Source of the DNA: Dehalococcoidia bacterium
GTDB taxonomy: Bacteria; Chloroflexota; Dehalococcoidia; Lucifugimonadales; UBA3495
Direction: 5' to 3'
NCBI GenBank assembly: GCA_965261925.1
Contig: OZ253486.1
Location: 1,030,134-1,094,133, forward strand
Length of the DNA: 64,000 nucleotides
In this document: piece after piece, positions 25,033 through 35,046 of the stretch
How positions within the stretch are numbered: the first letter of the stretch is position 1
Layout of the letters: each line of letters opens with the position of its first letter
Notes under the pieces: model-generated
Database searches by the model: none
Told to the model about the DNA's origin: nothing
What the model saw: the letters and a program-made list of their open reading frames with translations, nothing else
Position numbers and translations under genes: made by a program

Positions 25033-25268
25033 GCTTCCCGGCCCACCGCGCCGCCGGTTTCGATCTCATTGTGCAGGTTGTTCTCGGTGACCCTGGCCAA
25101 CAAATCGTCTAATTGCGCTCGTGGTTGTCTTGCTTGGGAGATGATGATCGTTGAGCCGTGAAGCGCTATGTCGACCAACGAGTTCGGCTTTAAACCAAGT
25201 TAGGCAGCGAACGCCTCAGGGATGGCGAGCGTCAATCCTTGATCCAGTTTACCGGTGTGAACTTCCAT
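25026..25268 (-). pseudogene. mazE: mazE/AbrB-SpoVT family antitoxin with an in-frame TAA at codon 23
   Basis: Own translation: MEVHTGKLDQGLTLAIPEAFAA*LGLKPNSLVDIALHGSTIIISQARQPRAQLDDLLARVTENNLHNEIETGGAVGREAW*. Typical MazE layout (..IPKAFA..LGL..G..V.....LDELLA.IT.EN.H.E.D.G..VG.E.W). Confidence 0.7.
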
Positions 25269-25693
25269 GTCCCGTTCCTTCCTTGGGGCGTGATCGCCGC
25301 GATGCGCGCATAGGTCCATGAGAGCCAGCCGTCCCGGAATCATATCACCCACCTCAGTGCCGCGCGAAATACGGCTCCAACGCCAGGGCAATCGCGTCTA
25401 AATTGAGTTTGGCGGAATAACAGCTGGCGCTGACAGGAAAAGGTATCTCGTTACTCGAAAATGCAGGTGGTGAGCTTTGCGACCGCCCATTTCGACGGTA
25501 ATCGAGGCTGGCATCGGCGCTCAAACGGTAATAAACCGTGGCCGACATCTGTGATACTAATACTTTGCATCGCTTGTTATGCCGAACACGATAAGACGCG
25601 ATTGCCCTGGCTCCAACGCGACACGTCACAACCCACGCTCGCGGTTTGTTACAATGCCGGCACGATTTTCTACTATCCACAGGAGGGCAAAGC

Positions 25694-26356
25694 ATGCCAG
25701 TTCATCATCAGGCGCAGGGGGCGGGCGACGTCACCGTCCACAAGATCGAGAATATGGGTTCCCTGGGCAACAACGGTTACATCGTCATCTGTCCCGAGAC
25801 CAATCAGGCCGTCTGCATCGACACGCCGGACCAGCCCGAGAAAATGATCAACGAGGTGCAGGCCAGCGGCGTCAACGTTCAGGCCATCCTGGTGACCCAC
25901 GGGCACGGCGACCACCTGGCCGGCTACACTGAGATCACCGGCACCATCGGCGCGCCGGCCGCCATCGGCACGGCGGACGCGCACCTGCCGCCCAGCCCGC
26001 CGCAGCGCCAACTCAACGATGGCGACACCGTCGCCTTCGGCAACCGTACCATCCAGTGCATCGGCACGCCCGGCCACACCGATGGCTCGACCTGCTTCCT
26101 GGTGGGCGGGTTCCTGTTCTCCGGCGACACCCTCTTCCCCGGCGGACCCGGCCGATCCCGCAGCCCCGAGGCCCTGCAGCAGGAGCTGAACAGCATCAGC
26201 GCCAATCTGCTCACTTTGCCAGCCGACACCTACGTGTACCCCGGCCACGGTCCGGATAACACCACCATCGGCGAGGCGAAGCGCCGCTACGACGTCTTCA
26301 TGTCCAAGTCTCACCCGTCGGACTTGCAGGGCGACGTAGACTGGCTGAACACCTAG
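25694..26356 (+). CDS. MBL-fold metallo-hydrolase (glyoxalase II-like)
   Basis: ...GNNGYIVICPETNQAVCIDTP...ILVTHGHGDHLAG...GTPGHTDGS...GDTLFPGGPG. ATG at 25694 behind an AGGAGGG RBS. Confidence 0.85.
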   Translation: MPVHHQAQGAGDVTVHKIENMGSLGNNGYIVICPETNQAVCIDTPDQPEKMINEVQASGVNVQAILVTHGHGDHLAGYTEITGTIGAPAAIGTADAHLPPSPPQRQLNDGDTVAFGNRTIQCIGTPGHTDGSTCFLVGGFLFSGDTLFPGGPGRSRSPEALQQELNSISANLLTLPADTYVYPGHGPDNTTIGEAKRRYDVFMSKSHPSDLQGDVDWLNT

Positions 26357-27645
26357 TGGGGCCGGCCGCGACTCCGATGTACCGCAGGACGGTGCTGGAA
26401 AATGGTCTGCGGGTGTTGACGGCAGAAATGCCGCACACCCGCAGCGTTTCCATGTTCGTCTCCGTGGGCGCCGGCTCCCGCTACGAACCCGATGAACTGG
26501 CCGGCCTGTCCCACTTCCTGGAGCACCTGCCCTTCAAGGGGACCCGACGCTGGCCCACGGCGCTGGCAATATCCGAGGCTGTCGAGGGCGTCGGCGGCAT
26601 GATGAATGCGGCCACCGACCGGGAGATGACATCCTTCTGGTGCAAGGTGGCCAGCATGTACGCCGACCGGGCGCTCCCCGTGATCCTGGACCTGATCCGT
26701 CACCCGCTCCTGGAGCCCGCCGAAATGGAGAAGGAGCGAGAGGTCATCCTGGATGAGTTGCGGATGACCAACGATTATCCCGCCCAGGTGTGCGATCTGC
26801 TCATCGACCGGGCCCTGTGGCCCGACCAGGCCATGGGCCGCGACGTGGGCGGCACCGCAGAGTCCGTGGCCGCCATCAATCTTGACGACGTGTCCCGGTA
26901 CATGGACCGCCAGTACCGTCCCAACAACACGGTCATCGGCATCGCCGGCGCAATCAGCCACGATGAGGCCGTGCGCATGGTTGCCGAAGGCACGGGCGAG
27001 TGGCACCCCGCGGACACCCTGACCTGGCAACCCGTTTCCGAGACTCCCGCCGACTCCCCCGCCATTCTCCTGGACAATCGCGTAACCGAAGACACCAGCA
27101 TCTGCATCGGGTTGCCGGGCTTCGCCCTGGTCGACCCGGATCGCTACGCCGCCACTGTGCTCAACGGCCTCCTCGGCGACGGTATGAGCAGCCGCCTGTT
27201 CCAGAACCTGCGGGAGAACCTGGGGCTGACCTACGATTGTCACAGCTCATTGAGCAGCTATCGTGACTGCGGCGCGCTGGTGGTGTCCTGCGGCACCGAG
27301 CCGGCGCGGGCGGCGGAGGCCGTGGCCGCAACTCGGAAGGAACTGCAGGGTCTGCTGACCGCTCCTCCGGAAGCGGAGGTCCACAAGTCCAGGGAATATA
27401 TCAAGGGCCGGATGCTGATGCGCATGGAGGACTCCCGCTCGGTGGCCTCGTGGCTGGCCTCGCAAGAGCTGTTGATGGATGAGATCACCACGCCGGACGA
27501 AACGGCCGCCAGTATCGACGCGGTGACGCCCGACGACGTGCTACACGCCGCCCGGCGGTTGGTGGACGTCGAGGCGTTCCGCCTCGCCATAGTCGGCCCC
27601 CACGAGGACGCCGCAGAGTTCGCTGCCGCGATCAACGAAGGATAG
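26356..27645 (+). CDS. M16 family (insulinase/pitrilysin-like) zinc peptidase
   Basis: ...GLRVLTAEMPHTRSVSM...GAGSRYE...GLSHFLEHLPFKGT includes the HxxEH zinc motif. The start is ambiguous: GTG at 26356 (overlapping the upstream stop) or ATG at 26377. Confidence 0.85.
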   Translation: MGPAATPMYRRTVLENGLRVLTAEMPHTRSVSMFVSVGAGSRYEPDELAGLSHFLEHLPFKGTRRWPTALAISEAVEGVGGMMNAATDREMTSFWCKVASMYADRALPVILDLIRHPLLEPAEMEKEREVILDELRMTNDYPAQVCDLLIDRALWPDQAMGRDVGGTAESVAAINLDDVSRYMDRQYRPNNTVIGIAGAISHDEAVRMVAEGTGEWHPADTLTWQPVSETPADSPAILLDNRVTEDTSICIGLPGFALVDPDRYAATVLNGLLGDGMSSRLFQNLRENLGLTYDCHSSLSSYRDCGALVVSCGTEPARAAEAVAATRKELQGLLTAPPEAEVHKSREYIKGRMLMRMEDSRSVASWLASQELLMDEITTPDETAASIDAVTPDDVLHAARRLVDVEAFRLAIVGPHEDAAEFAAAINEG

Positions 27646-27647
27646 TA

Positions 27648-27675
27648 GTAGGGGCGAACAATCATCCGCCCCTAC
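27648..27675. terminator. G/C hairpin after the M16 peptidase gene
   Basis: gtaggggcg-aacaatcatc-cgcccctac starts 3 nt after the stop. No U-tract. Confidence 0.4.
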
Positions 27676-27703
27676 TTGCACTGACACCACAGGAGGCAAA
27701 GGC

Positions 27704-28564
27704 ATGGCGGCAACACGCTACAGCAAGGTCATCCAGTTGCTTGAAGAAGGCAAGCCGGTGTTTGGCACCGGGTTGATCTGGAACGGCAACCTGGACGAGA
27801 TGATGTACTTTGCCGATTCCGACTACGATATGGTGATGATCGAGATGGAGCACGAGGGGTTGTCCTTCAACAACCTCCGCGCGTCGCTCCAGTTCCTGCT
27901 CAATCGCAAGCGTGTCGCGGAGGGCGGCGGCCTGATGGCCGATCCCACCCCTGTGGTCCGCATCCCGCCGAACACCCGCGAGCAGAACCAGTGGGTCATC
28001 AAGCAGGCCCTGGACACCGGCGTGTACGGTCTCATCCTGCCCCACCTGGACACCGTGGAAGGCGCGATGTCGGCGGTGCAGTCGGCGCGGTATCCGCAGG
28101 TCCCCGGCGTCGCCGACTTCGAGCCCCACGGCGAACGCGGCTGGTGGCAGCGTATCGCGCCTCGCTACTGGGGATTGTCTGCCGGCGAGTACTACGACGC
28201 CGCGGACCTGTGGCCCCTGGACCCCGACGGCAACATGCTGCTCATGGGTATCGTTGAGGAACCCACCGGCGTGCGCAACCTGCCGGACATCCTGCGCGAG
28301 GTCAAGGGCATCGGCGCCGTCTGGGCCGGCCCGGGCGACATGTCAGTCGCGTTGGGGCACAAGGGCAACGCCGGCCACCCCGAGGTGCAGGAGATGCTGC
28401 TGCGGATCCTGGCCACCTGCAAGGACGCCGGCGTGCCCTGCGCCGTGGGCTGCACCGCCGAGGAGGTGGAGATGCGGTTGGAGCAGGGGTTCAGCATCCT
28501 GATCACCGCGCCCACGCGGACTGCCGGCGGACTACAGGAAGGACGGCGTATCGCCGGACGCTGA
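27704..28564 (+). CDS. HpcH/HpaI family aldolase
   Basis: ...DYDMVMIEMEHEGLSFNNLRASL...VVRIPPNT...IKQALDTGVYGLILPHLDT...; AGGAGG RBS. Confidence 0.8.
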   Translation: MAATRYSKVIQLLEEGKPVFGTGLIWNGNLDEMMYFADSDYDMVMIEMEHEGLSFNNLRASLQFLLNRKRVAEGGGLMADPTPVVRIPPNTREQNQWVIKQALDTGVYGLILPHLDTVEGAMSAVQSARYPQVPGVADFEPHGERGWWQRIAPRYWGLSAGEYYDAADLWPLDPDGNMLLMGIVEEPTGVRNLPDILREVKGIGAVWAGPGDMSVALGHKGNAGHPEVQEMLLRILATCKDAGVPCAVGCTAEEVEMRLEQGFSILITAPTRTAGGLQEGRRIAGR

Positions 28565-28593
28565 CGGCAGGTGCGGATCGGATCCCAAAGAGT

Positions 28594-28616
28594 GGGGCGG
28601 GTTTCAAACCCGCCCC
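28594..28616. terminator. GGGGCGGG hairpin between convergent genes
   Basis: ggggcgggtttcaaacccgcccc is an 8-bp perfect G/C stem. It abuts the Uma2 stop codon. Confidence 0.5.
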
Positions 28617-29290
28617 TATTGCATGTCAAATATGTACTGCCGTACCTGGAAGGAAAATCCCGGCAGCACATCTTCGCCGTCCAGGGCTACGGGATCTTCG
28701 AGCACTTCCGGCTCCGGTTGGCCGGCCCGGTAAACGTGGACCCTCCGGTTGGGTGGATCGATGAGCCAACCCAGCCGCGCGCCGCCGTCCATCCACAGTT
28801 TCATCTTGCGTTGCAGCGGAGCGAGGTTGTCGGTGCGGGACCTGATCTCGACGACGAAATCGGGCGCACCGGGAAAGACGGTCTCCCGTTCTTCCGCGGT
28901 GGCGGCGTCATAACGCTCCTGGGTGATCCAGGCAGCATCGGGCCCGCGGATGGCTCTGGTGGCCAGGCGGAACCGGCTGGTCTGCGACGCGTTGATGCCG
29001 CCATTGGCGCGCCGGAAGATGGTTAGTTCAGTATTCAGCTCCGTTTCTTGCCGGTTCCCTCTGAAGCCAACCATAGGCAGAATCACCAGCTCCCCGGCCT
29101 CGTTCACTTCAATTTCGTAGTCGCCGTTGGCTTCGCAGAACTCTATGAACCGGGTCGGGAAATCGGCGGCGCGAAAATCAACCCCCAGCGCGTCGAGGCT
29201 CAGCACAACGGAACCGGTCGGCTCCGTTTCCGACTCGGCGCCAACCACGGTCTCGGCAGCAACCGACGGCTCTTTCGGTCGGGTAGTCAT
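28616..29290 (-). CDS. Uma2 family endonuclease (DUF820), copy 1
   Basis: ...YEIEVNEAGELVILP...GPDAAWITQERYD...PGAPDFVVEIRSRTDNLAPLQRKMKLWMDGGARLGWLIDPPNRRVHVYR...LPGFSFQV. Confidence 0.85.
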   Translation of the reverse strand: MTTRPKEPSVAAETVVGAESETEPTGSVVLSLDALGVDFRAADFPTRFIEFCEANGDYEIEVNEAGELVILPMVGFRGNRQETELNTELTIFRRANGGINASQTSRFRLATRAIRGPDAAWITQERYDAATAEERETVFPGAPDFVVEIRSRTDNLAPLQRKMKLWMDGGARLGWLIDPPNRRVHVYRAGQPEPEVLEDPVALDGEDVLPGFSFQVRQYIFDMQ

Positions 29291-29339
29291 GCGGCGTTAA
29301 GGATGCCGAACGGCGCGCGGGTTCGCCCGGCAATCCGCT

Positions 29340-30290
29340 CTAATTGCCCTCAGCGGTCGAGATGGGTCCAACCAGGTAGTTGAACAGCGGGGCGTCGGAC
29401 GACAGGATGATCGTGTCCTGTTGGCCGATGATGCGCTGGTAGGCCTCCAGGCTGCGCAGGAAGGCGAAGAGTTCCGGGTCGCGGTTCAGAGTTTCGGCCA
29501 GGATGCTGATGGCCTCGGCTTCACCTTCACCCCGCCGTTTGTTGGACTCGCGCTCGGCCTCGGCGAGAATGACATCGCGGTCCCGGTCGGTGGCGGCGCG
29601 GATCTTGCGGTCCTCTTCCTCACCTTCGGCGCGGAAACCGGCGGCGATGCGGTTACGCTCGGCGCGCATCCTGGTATATATGGACGCGGTTACGGCCTCG
29701 GGAAAGTCGGCGCGCTTGATGCGCACGTCGATCATCTCAATGCCGAAAGAGTCCCGCTGCGTGGTCTGGCGGACCGCTTGCAGAACCTCATCCAGAATTT
29801 GCGTGCGCGTTGTCTGCGCTTCCACCAGCGGCAGTCCCTCGGCGTCGAGGACGGGGGTGCCGTTCTCGTCAACCAGCGGCTTGGCGCCAATGATGTCGGT
29901 CCGGTCGCGCAGGGCCACCCGGTCACGCAGGGTGGAGGTCACGATGTCTCCCAGGCGGCTGCGGGCCGTGTTCTCGGTTTGCAGGGTCTTGCGGAACTGC
30001 ACCGGGTCGGTGATCCGGTAGCGCGCGTAGATGTCGATCACCAGGTTTTCCTTGTCCTGGTCCGGCATGGAAACCGGCGCCGCGTCAATTCTCAAGATCC
30101 GCCTGTCCATGCGGACCACGGTGTCCACGAAGGGCGCCTTGACGCTCAGCCCGGGAGAGGTGCGGGTGTCCACCACCTCGCCGAAGCGGAGGATGATGAC
30201 CTGCTCGGTGACGTCCACCACGTAGAGGGCCTGACGCAGCACGACAAGTCCTACGATGATGACGATGGCTACTATGATCAAATTTCGCAT
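29340..30290 (-). CDS. hflC: protease modulator HflC (SPFH/band-7)
   Basis: N-terminal TM helix plus an SPFH domain, immediately downstream of hflK. Confidence 0.85.
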   Translation of the reverse strand: MRNLIIVAIVIIVGLVVLRQALYVVDVTEQVIILRFGEVVDTRTSPGLSVKAPFVDTVVRMDRRILRIDAAPVSMPDQDKENLVIDIYARYRITDPVQFRKTLQTENTARSRLGDIVTSTLRDRVALRDRTDIIGAKPLVDENGTPVLDAEGLPLVEAQTTRTQILDEVLQAVRQTTQRDSFGIEMIDVRIKRADFPEAVTASIYTRMRAERNRIAAGFRAEGEEEDRKIRAATDRDRDVILAEAERESNKRRGEGEAEAISILAETLNRDPELFAFLRSLEAYQRIIGQQDTIILSSDAPLFNYLVGPISTAEGN

Positions 30291-30337
30291 TGGGGATTCT
30301 CCGGGAGTATGAGACGGTCAGTCTGGATTACCTGCGG

Positions 30338-31432
30338 CTACGGGCCGGGAGGACCGATGGGGGCAGGTATGACGTTTCCGTCCTGTCCCAGAATGAGTAC
30401 CGGTTCGGTGTCGGGGTCAACGATGATCTTGGTAACCCTTGGGAAGACGTTTTCCAGGGCCTCCAGGTAGAGACGTTGGCGAGTCACTTCGGGTGAACTC
30501 TGGTACTCGTTACGTACCGACTCGAAACGCTGGGCTTCACCGTTGGCGGTTTCGATCCGGGCGCGCTTGAACGCCTCGGACGCCTCGATGATTCGCTCGG
30601 CGTCACCCCTGGCTCTCGGTATAATCTCGGCTTCGTAGGCCAGGGCCTGGTTGATGCGAGTTTCGCGTTCTTGGCGGCCTCTCAGCACGTCGTCGAATGC
30701 GTCGCGCACTTCTTCCGGCGCTTTCACGTCCTGCAACTGCACTGAGATGACCTCAATGCCGGCCTCGTACTCGTCAAGGATGTCTTGCAACCGCTCGCGA
30801 GTGTCGGTTTCCACCAATTCGCGGCCCCGCACCAGCACGTCGTCAATGGAGCGCTGCCCCACCACTAAACGCAGGGCGGCTTCCGCGCCGTCTTTAAGGG
30901 TGCGCCCGTCGGGGCGTCCCTCTGGTATCAACCGAACCGGCTCGCCAGGATCGTCAACCTTGAACAGGAAGTTGTTCAAATTGCTGATGCGATACTGCAC
31001 CACCATCTGGACGTCAACAATGTTCAGGTCGCCCGAAATCATCAAGGCTTCATCGAGGAATGGGGTGTTGACGGCCGCGTCGTTGGAACGGAACCCCAAC
31101 TCCATGCGCCGCGTCTCGGTGACCAGCAGAACGTCCTTCTTGCCCGCCGGCGTGGGCCACCACCAGTGGAGACCTTCTTCCGATACGGGCGCGCCCTGCA
31201 CGGCTCCGAACAACCGAAGTGCGGCGTTTTCACCGGGGCTCACCGTGTACACTCCGGTGGCCGCCCAGATGATAGCGAGCAAGGCGACCACGGCGATAAT
31301 TAAAATGCTCAGGTTTCCGCCGCTAAGGCGTCCACCGGCGCCACCAAATATGCCGCGTACGCGACCGAGTAGTTGTTCAAGGTCGAATTCAGGCTGACGA
31401 GGCGGTTGTTGACCTCCGCCGGGTGTGAACAT
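30338..31432 (-). CDS. hflK: FtsH protease activity modulator HflK (SPFH/band-7)
   Basis: Gly-rich N-terminus, TM helix and SPFH domain (...VVQYRISNLNNFLF...), paired with hflC. Confidence 0.85.
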   Translation of the reverse strand: MFTPGGGQQPPRQPEFDLEQLLGRVRGIFGGAGGRLSGGNLSILIIAVVALLAIIWAATGVYTVSPGENAALRLFGAVQGAPVSEEGLHWWWPTPAGKKDVLLVTETRRMELGFRSNDAAVNTPFLDEALMISGDLNIVDVQMVVQYRISNLNNFLFKVDDPGEPVRLIPEGRPDGRTLKDGAEAALRLVVGQRSIDDVLVRGRELVETDTRERLQDILDEYEAGIEVISVQLQDVKAPEEVRDAFDDVLRGRQERETRINQALAYEAEIIPRARGDAERIIEASEAFKRARIETANGEAQRFESVRNEYQSSPEVTRQRLYLEALENVFPRVTKIIVDPDTEPVLILGQDGNVIPAPIGPPGP

Positions 31433-31662
31433 ATAAAACGGTCCTTTACAAATGTGCGCGATGATTCCTGATCAATGTCAACCGGTTTATCTGGTTTGAC
31501 CCACGCAATCACCGCTGGGCAGTACGATTTTCGGGCGGTTGGCCGACACAGTATAACACCAACGCCGGCGGGCTGGTTTATAATTGGCCGGCCGCGTTGA
31601 GCGGTGTTTCGAGGCCGACGCCGCAGGCCGCGCAGGGCGGTCAACAACAGGAAATTGGCAGT

Positions 31663-31986
31663 ATGACTACACCCATTCGGTCAACGCCGGACGGCGGGGA
31701 GACCGCCCCGCAACCCCAGGGGCTTACCGTAAAGACAAGCGAGGATATGGCGCGGATCCAGGTGACCTGCCCGCACCAGAGCGGGCTCATCTACGCCGTG
31801 CCTGGCGACCTCAGTTGGGTGTGCACCGACGAACTGCGCCACGCCCACGCCATGGCCGGGTTTTTGCGTGAGCTCATCGCGCTCAAAGACCCGCGGGTGG
31901 AGACCCTGATGCAGCAGTGGGGGCTCTACTACCGCAGCCTGCCCCTTGATGTTGCAGCGGCCGAGGGCGCGGCAGAAAATGCGTAG
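31663..31986 (+). CDS. hypothetical protein (107 aa from MTTPIRS; the ORF could start at 31597)
   Basis: ORF track 31597..31986. No recognisable motif. Followed directly by a GGGGCGGG hairpin. Confidence 0.45.
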   Translation: MTTPIRSTPDGGETAPQPQGLTVKTSEDMARIQVTCPHQSGLIYAVPGDLSWVCTDELRHAHAMAGFLRELIALKDPRVETLMQQWGLYYRSLPLDVAAAEGAAENA

Positions 31987-32008
31987 GGGCGGGATTAGAT
32001 CCCGCCCC
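31986..32008. terminator. GGGGCGGG hairpin between convergent genes
   Basis: ggggcgggattagatcccgcccc lies between the hypothetical gene (+) and the ftsH stop (-). Confidence 0.5.
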
Positions 32009-32038
32009 CATTGATTGGTCGCACTGTGGGGTGATGGG

Positions 32039-34039
32039 TCAGTCGTCTGCCGGCGAGGGTCCCGGTATCGGCTCCGCAGTGCTGGCGCTGCCGAAGGCTG
32101 GCGCCGGGTTGGGGAGCGGTCCACCCTGGGTAACCGGAGGAGCCGGCGGTGCGTAAGGGGAGGGCGTTGGCGCCTCCGGTACGGCCGGTTCCATTTCCGT
32201 GCCCGGCAGGTCGTCGTTGAACAGCTCGTTCAGGGCATTGCCGGAGATGGCCTCGTGCTCGATCAGGTACTCGGCAACCTGCACCAGCTTGGGTTTGTGG
32301 TCGATCAGCAACTGCTGTGCCTGCCGGTAGGCGTTGTGAATCAGGTGACGGACCTCATCGTCGATCTCTTCGGCGATCTTGTCGCCGTAGTCGCGCTCCT
32401 CGCTGATCTCACGCCCCAGGAATACCATCTCCTCGCGCTTGCCGAAGGTGCGCGGGCCGAGGCTGGCGGACATTCCGTAGCGCTTGATCATTCCCAGGGC
32501 CGTCTTGGTGGCGCGCTCGATGTCGTTGCTGGCGCCGGTAGTGACCTCGTCGAAGATCAACTCCTCGGCGACGCGGCCGCCCATCATGACGCCCAGCATG
32601 TCCTGAAACTGGTTCTTCGTCCAGAGGTAGCGGTCCTCATCGGGCAGGAGGGTGGTGTGTCCGCCCATGTTGCCGCGGGACACGATGCTGATCTTGTGCA
32701 CGCGGTCGGCGTGGGGCAGGTGCCAGGCGACCAGCGCGTGGCCCGCCTCGTGGTAGGCGGTCATCTCCTTTTCGCGCTGGTTGATGACCCGGCTCTTCCG
32801 CTCCGGACCGGCGATCACGCGCTCGATGGCCTCTTCAAAGTCCTGCATGAAGATGCTGGACTGGTTCTTGCGGGCCGCCAGCAGCGCCGCCTCGTTGACC
32901 AGGTTGGACAGATCCGCCCCACTGAAGCCGGGGGTTTCGCGAGCGATCACGTCGATCTTGATCTCGCGGGACAGGGGCTTGCCGGCGATGTGTACCTTGA
33001 GAATAGCCTCTCGACCCAGCACGTCGGGCAGGTCGAGAGTGACGCGGCGGTCGAAACGTCCGGGCCGCAGCAGGGCCGGGTCCAGGATGTCGGGCCGGTT
33101 GGTAGCGGCGGTGACGATGATGTTGGTGTTGGTCTCGAAGCCGTCCATCTCAACCAGGATCTGGTTCAGGGTTTGCTCGCGCTCGTCGTGTCCGCCGCCC
33201 AGTCCGGCGCCACGGTGGCGTCCAACCGCGTCGATTTCATCGACGAACAGGATGCACGGAGCGTTGCGCTTGGCCTGTTCGAAAAGGTCGCGCACCCGCG
33301 CCGCGCCCACGCCGACAAACATCTCCACGAATTCGCTGCCGGAGATGTGGAAGAAGGGTACGCCGGCTTCACCGGCCACCGCCCGGGCGAGCAGGGTCTT
33401 GCCGGTGCCCGGTGGGCCCACCAGCAGGACTCCCTTGGGGATGCGCGCGCCCAGTTGCAGGAAGCGCTCGGGGTACTTCAGGAAGTCCACCACTTCCTCA
33501 AGCTCCGCCTTGGCCTCGTCCACTCCCGCCACGTCGTTGAAGGTCACCGACGGGCGGTTGATGGACAGCATGCGGGCGCGGCTGCGGCCGAAGCTCATGG
33601 TCTGGTTGTTGGATCCCTGGGCCTGCCGCATCATCAGCAGTATCAGCCCGCCAAAGAAGATCAGGGGCAGGAAGTTGAGCAGAATGCCGAAAACGCTGCC
33701 GAACCCGCTCGATCCCTTGTACTCCACGTCGGGCGCGCTGACCTGGTCCCAGATGCCCGTGGTGATCAGCAAGCTCTCCAGGTCGGTGTTCTTGCCGATG
33801 CGGCTGCTGTACTTCTGGGCCTCATCTCCCTGCCGGCCCACCGTGGGTATCACGGTGAGTTTCTCGCCGTCCACTATGATCCGATCGATCTGGCCGGCTC
33901 GGGCCTGAGTGAGCACCTCGGTCAACGCCAGACGTTCGCTGCTGCCGAAACTCGGGAGCAGCGTGTAGAAGATGACGATGACGCCAATGATGATCAGGAG
34001 ATAGATCAGGCTGTTGCGAACCCAGCGGTTGTTGGTCAT
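32039..34039 (-). CDS. ftsH: ATP-dependent zinc metalloprotease FtsH
   Basis: Walker [19 protein letters not shown], Walker [13 protein letters not shown] ...[18 protein letters not shown], and the zinc motif HEAGHAL. Confidence 0.97.
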   Translation of the reverse strand: MTNNRWVRNSLIYLLIIIGVIVIFYTLLPSFGSSERLALTEVLTQARAGQIDRIIVDGEKLTVIPTVGRQGDEAQKYSSRIGKNTDLESLLITTGIWDQVSAPDVEYKGSSGFGSVFGILLNFLPLIFFGGLILLMMRQAQGSNNQTMSFGRSRARMLSINRPSVTFNDVAGVDEAKAELEEVVDFLKYPERFLQLGARIPKGVLLVGPPGTGKTLLARAVAGEAGVPFFHISGSEFVEMFVGVGAARVRDLFEQAKRNAPCILFVDEIDAVGRHRGAGLGGGHDEREQTLNQILVEMDGFETNTNIIVTAATNRPDILDPALLRPGRFDRRVTLDLPDVLGREAILKVHIAGKPLSREIKIDVIARETPGFSGADLSNLVNEAALLAARKNQSSIFMQDFEEAIERVIAGPERKSRVINQREKEMTAYHEAGHALVAWHLPHADRVHKISIVSRGNMGGHTTLLPDEDRYLWTKNQFQDMLGVMMGGRVAEELIFDEVTTGASNDIERATKTALGMIKRYGMSASLGPRTFGKREEMVFLGREISEERDYGDKIAEEIDDEVRHLIHNAYRQAQQLLIDHKPKLVQVAEYLIEHEAISGNALNELFNDDLPGTEMEPAVPEAPTPSPYAPPAPPVTQGGPLPNPAPAFGSASTAEPIPGPSPADD

Positions 34040-34234
34040 AACGTTCCTGCCGTTGGAGTGTGCACGGCTGTGCTGCGGCGCAAATAAATCACCCAGACTA
34101 GCCCAATATACTAACCGCGTGCGGGTGAATTTGCAAAGTTGCCGTCGTCAATAATTGGAAATTTCGCTACTCGGGATCCGCGTGGGCAGTAGTGGGAGTT
34201 CTCCGCCGTCGCGGCGTTCCTAGTCTGGTAACGT

Positions 34235-34774
34235 TCAAGCTCCGTCTTCGGGCGGTCTTGACCCGAGAGATGTGCGGTCGGTGCTCTTTACTTTGAGCCA
34301 CTTGATCGCCTCAAATGCGTCGAATATGTTGTGGTATTCGGCTCCGTTTGGCACGGAGGGCGGGCGAAACGGGTCGCTTCCCGGCAGGATCAGGTCGTAT
34401 GCCCTGAATGCGCCGCGAACCTCTCTCTTTTCGTCAAACGTCAGCGTGTCCGCCCTACCTTCCAGCGTCTTTGCTATTTCCCGGTATATTTCGACGAAGT
34501 ACGCCCCACGAACCATGTCCAGCGGGAACTCCATTCTTGGTAGTTCGGCAGGGGAGTCGTTGCGCGCGCTGTCCGTGGGTGGGATAGCTTGCGCGGACAG
34601 TATCAACTCTTGGGACTTTTCCACTATTCGCCTGATGTACCTGATTTGCCCACGCCTTTTCATCTTGAAGTCAACATACCGCCTGGCTTCGACAATGATG
34701 GCAAGGATGACACCCGCGGAAACGCCGGCAATGACGCCTGTGATTACGTTCGCGGCTATTGCGGGTGCGTTCAT
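34235..34774 (-). CDS. hypothetical membrane-anchored protein (179 aa)
   Basis: N-terminal TM helix (AIAANVITGVIAGVSAGVILAIIV) followed by a soluble domain with no recognisable motif. More A/T-rich than the surroundings. Confidence 0.5.
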   Translation of the reverse strand: MNAPAIAANVITGVIAGVSAGVILAIIVEARRYVDFKMKRRGQIRYIRRIVEKSQELILSAQAIPPTDSARNDSPAELPRMEFPLDMVRGAYFVEIYREIAKTLEGRADTLTFDEKREVRGAFRAYDLILPGSDPFRPPSVPNGAEYHNIFDAFEAIKWLKVKSTDRTSLGSRPPEDGA

Positions 34775-35046
34775 TCCTACGCTCCTGTGCCTTGCTCCGC
34801 CAGAGGGTTAGGCTTGACCTCAGGTTCCGCATCTACCCCTGGGAGTACTGTTCACTGTTGAAACGGCCGCCAGGAACTCCGTCGCGGCCGTGGGCTTTTC
34901 CGGTTGTAAGTCAGGAGAATTTCGAGTCACGAAATCTCGTTGTCAATAATCGGGATTCGTCGTCTGGTAACCGCAACGGCCGGCGTAGAATGGTATTTTC
35001 ACCTGGCTGGTCGAATTCATCCGTACAGTCGAAAAGGGAGTTTCAA

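Noticed and set aside
25269-25693. ORFs 25354..25695(-) and 25461..25847(+) in the A/T-richer spacer upstream of mazE
   Set aside because: They have no motif, no RBS and odd composition, and they overlap each other. The region is treated as non-coding island DNA.
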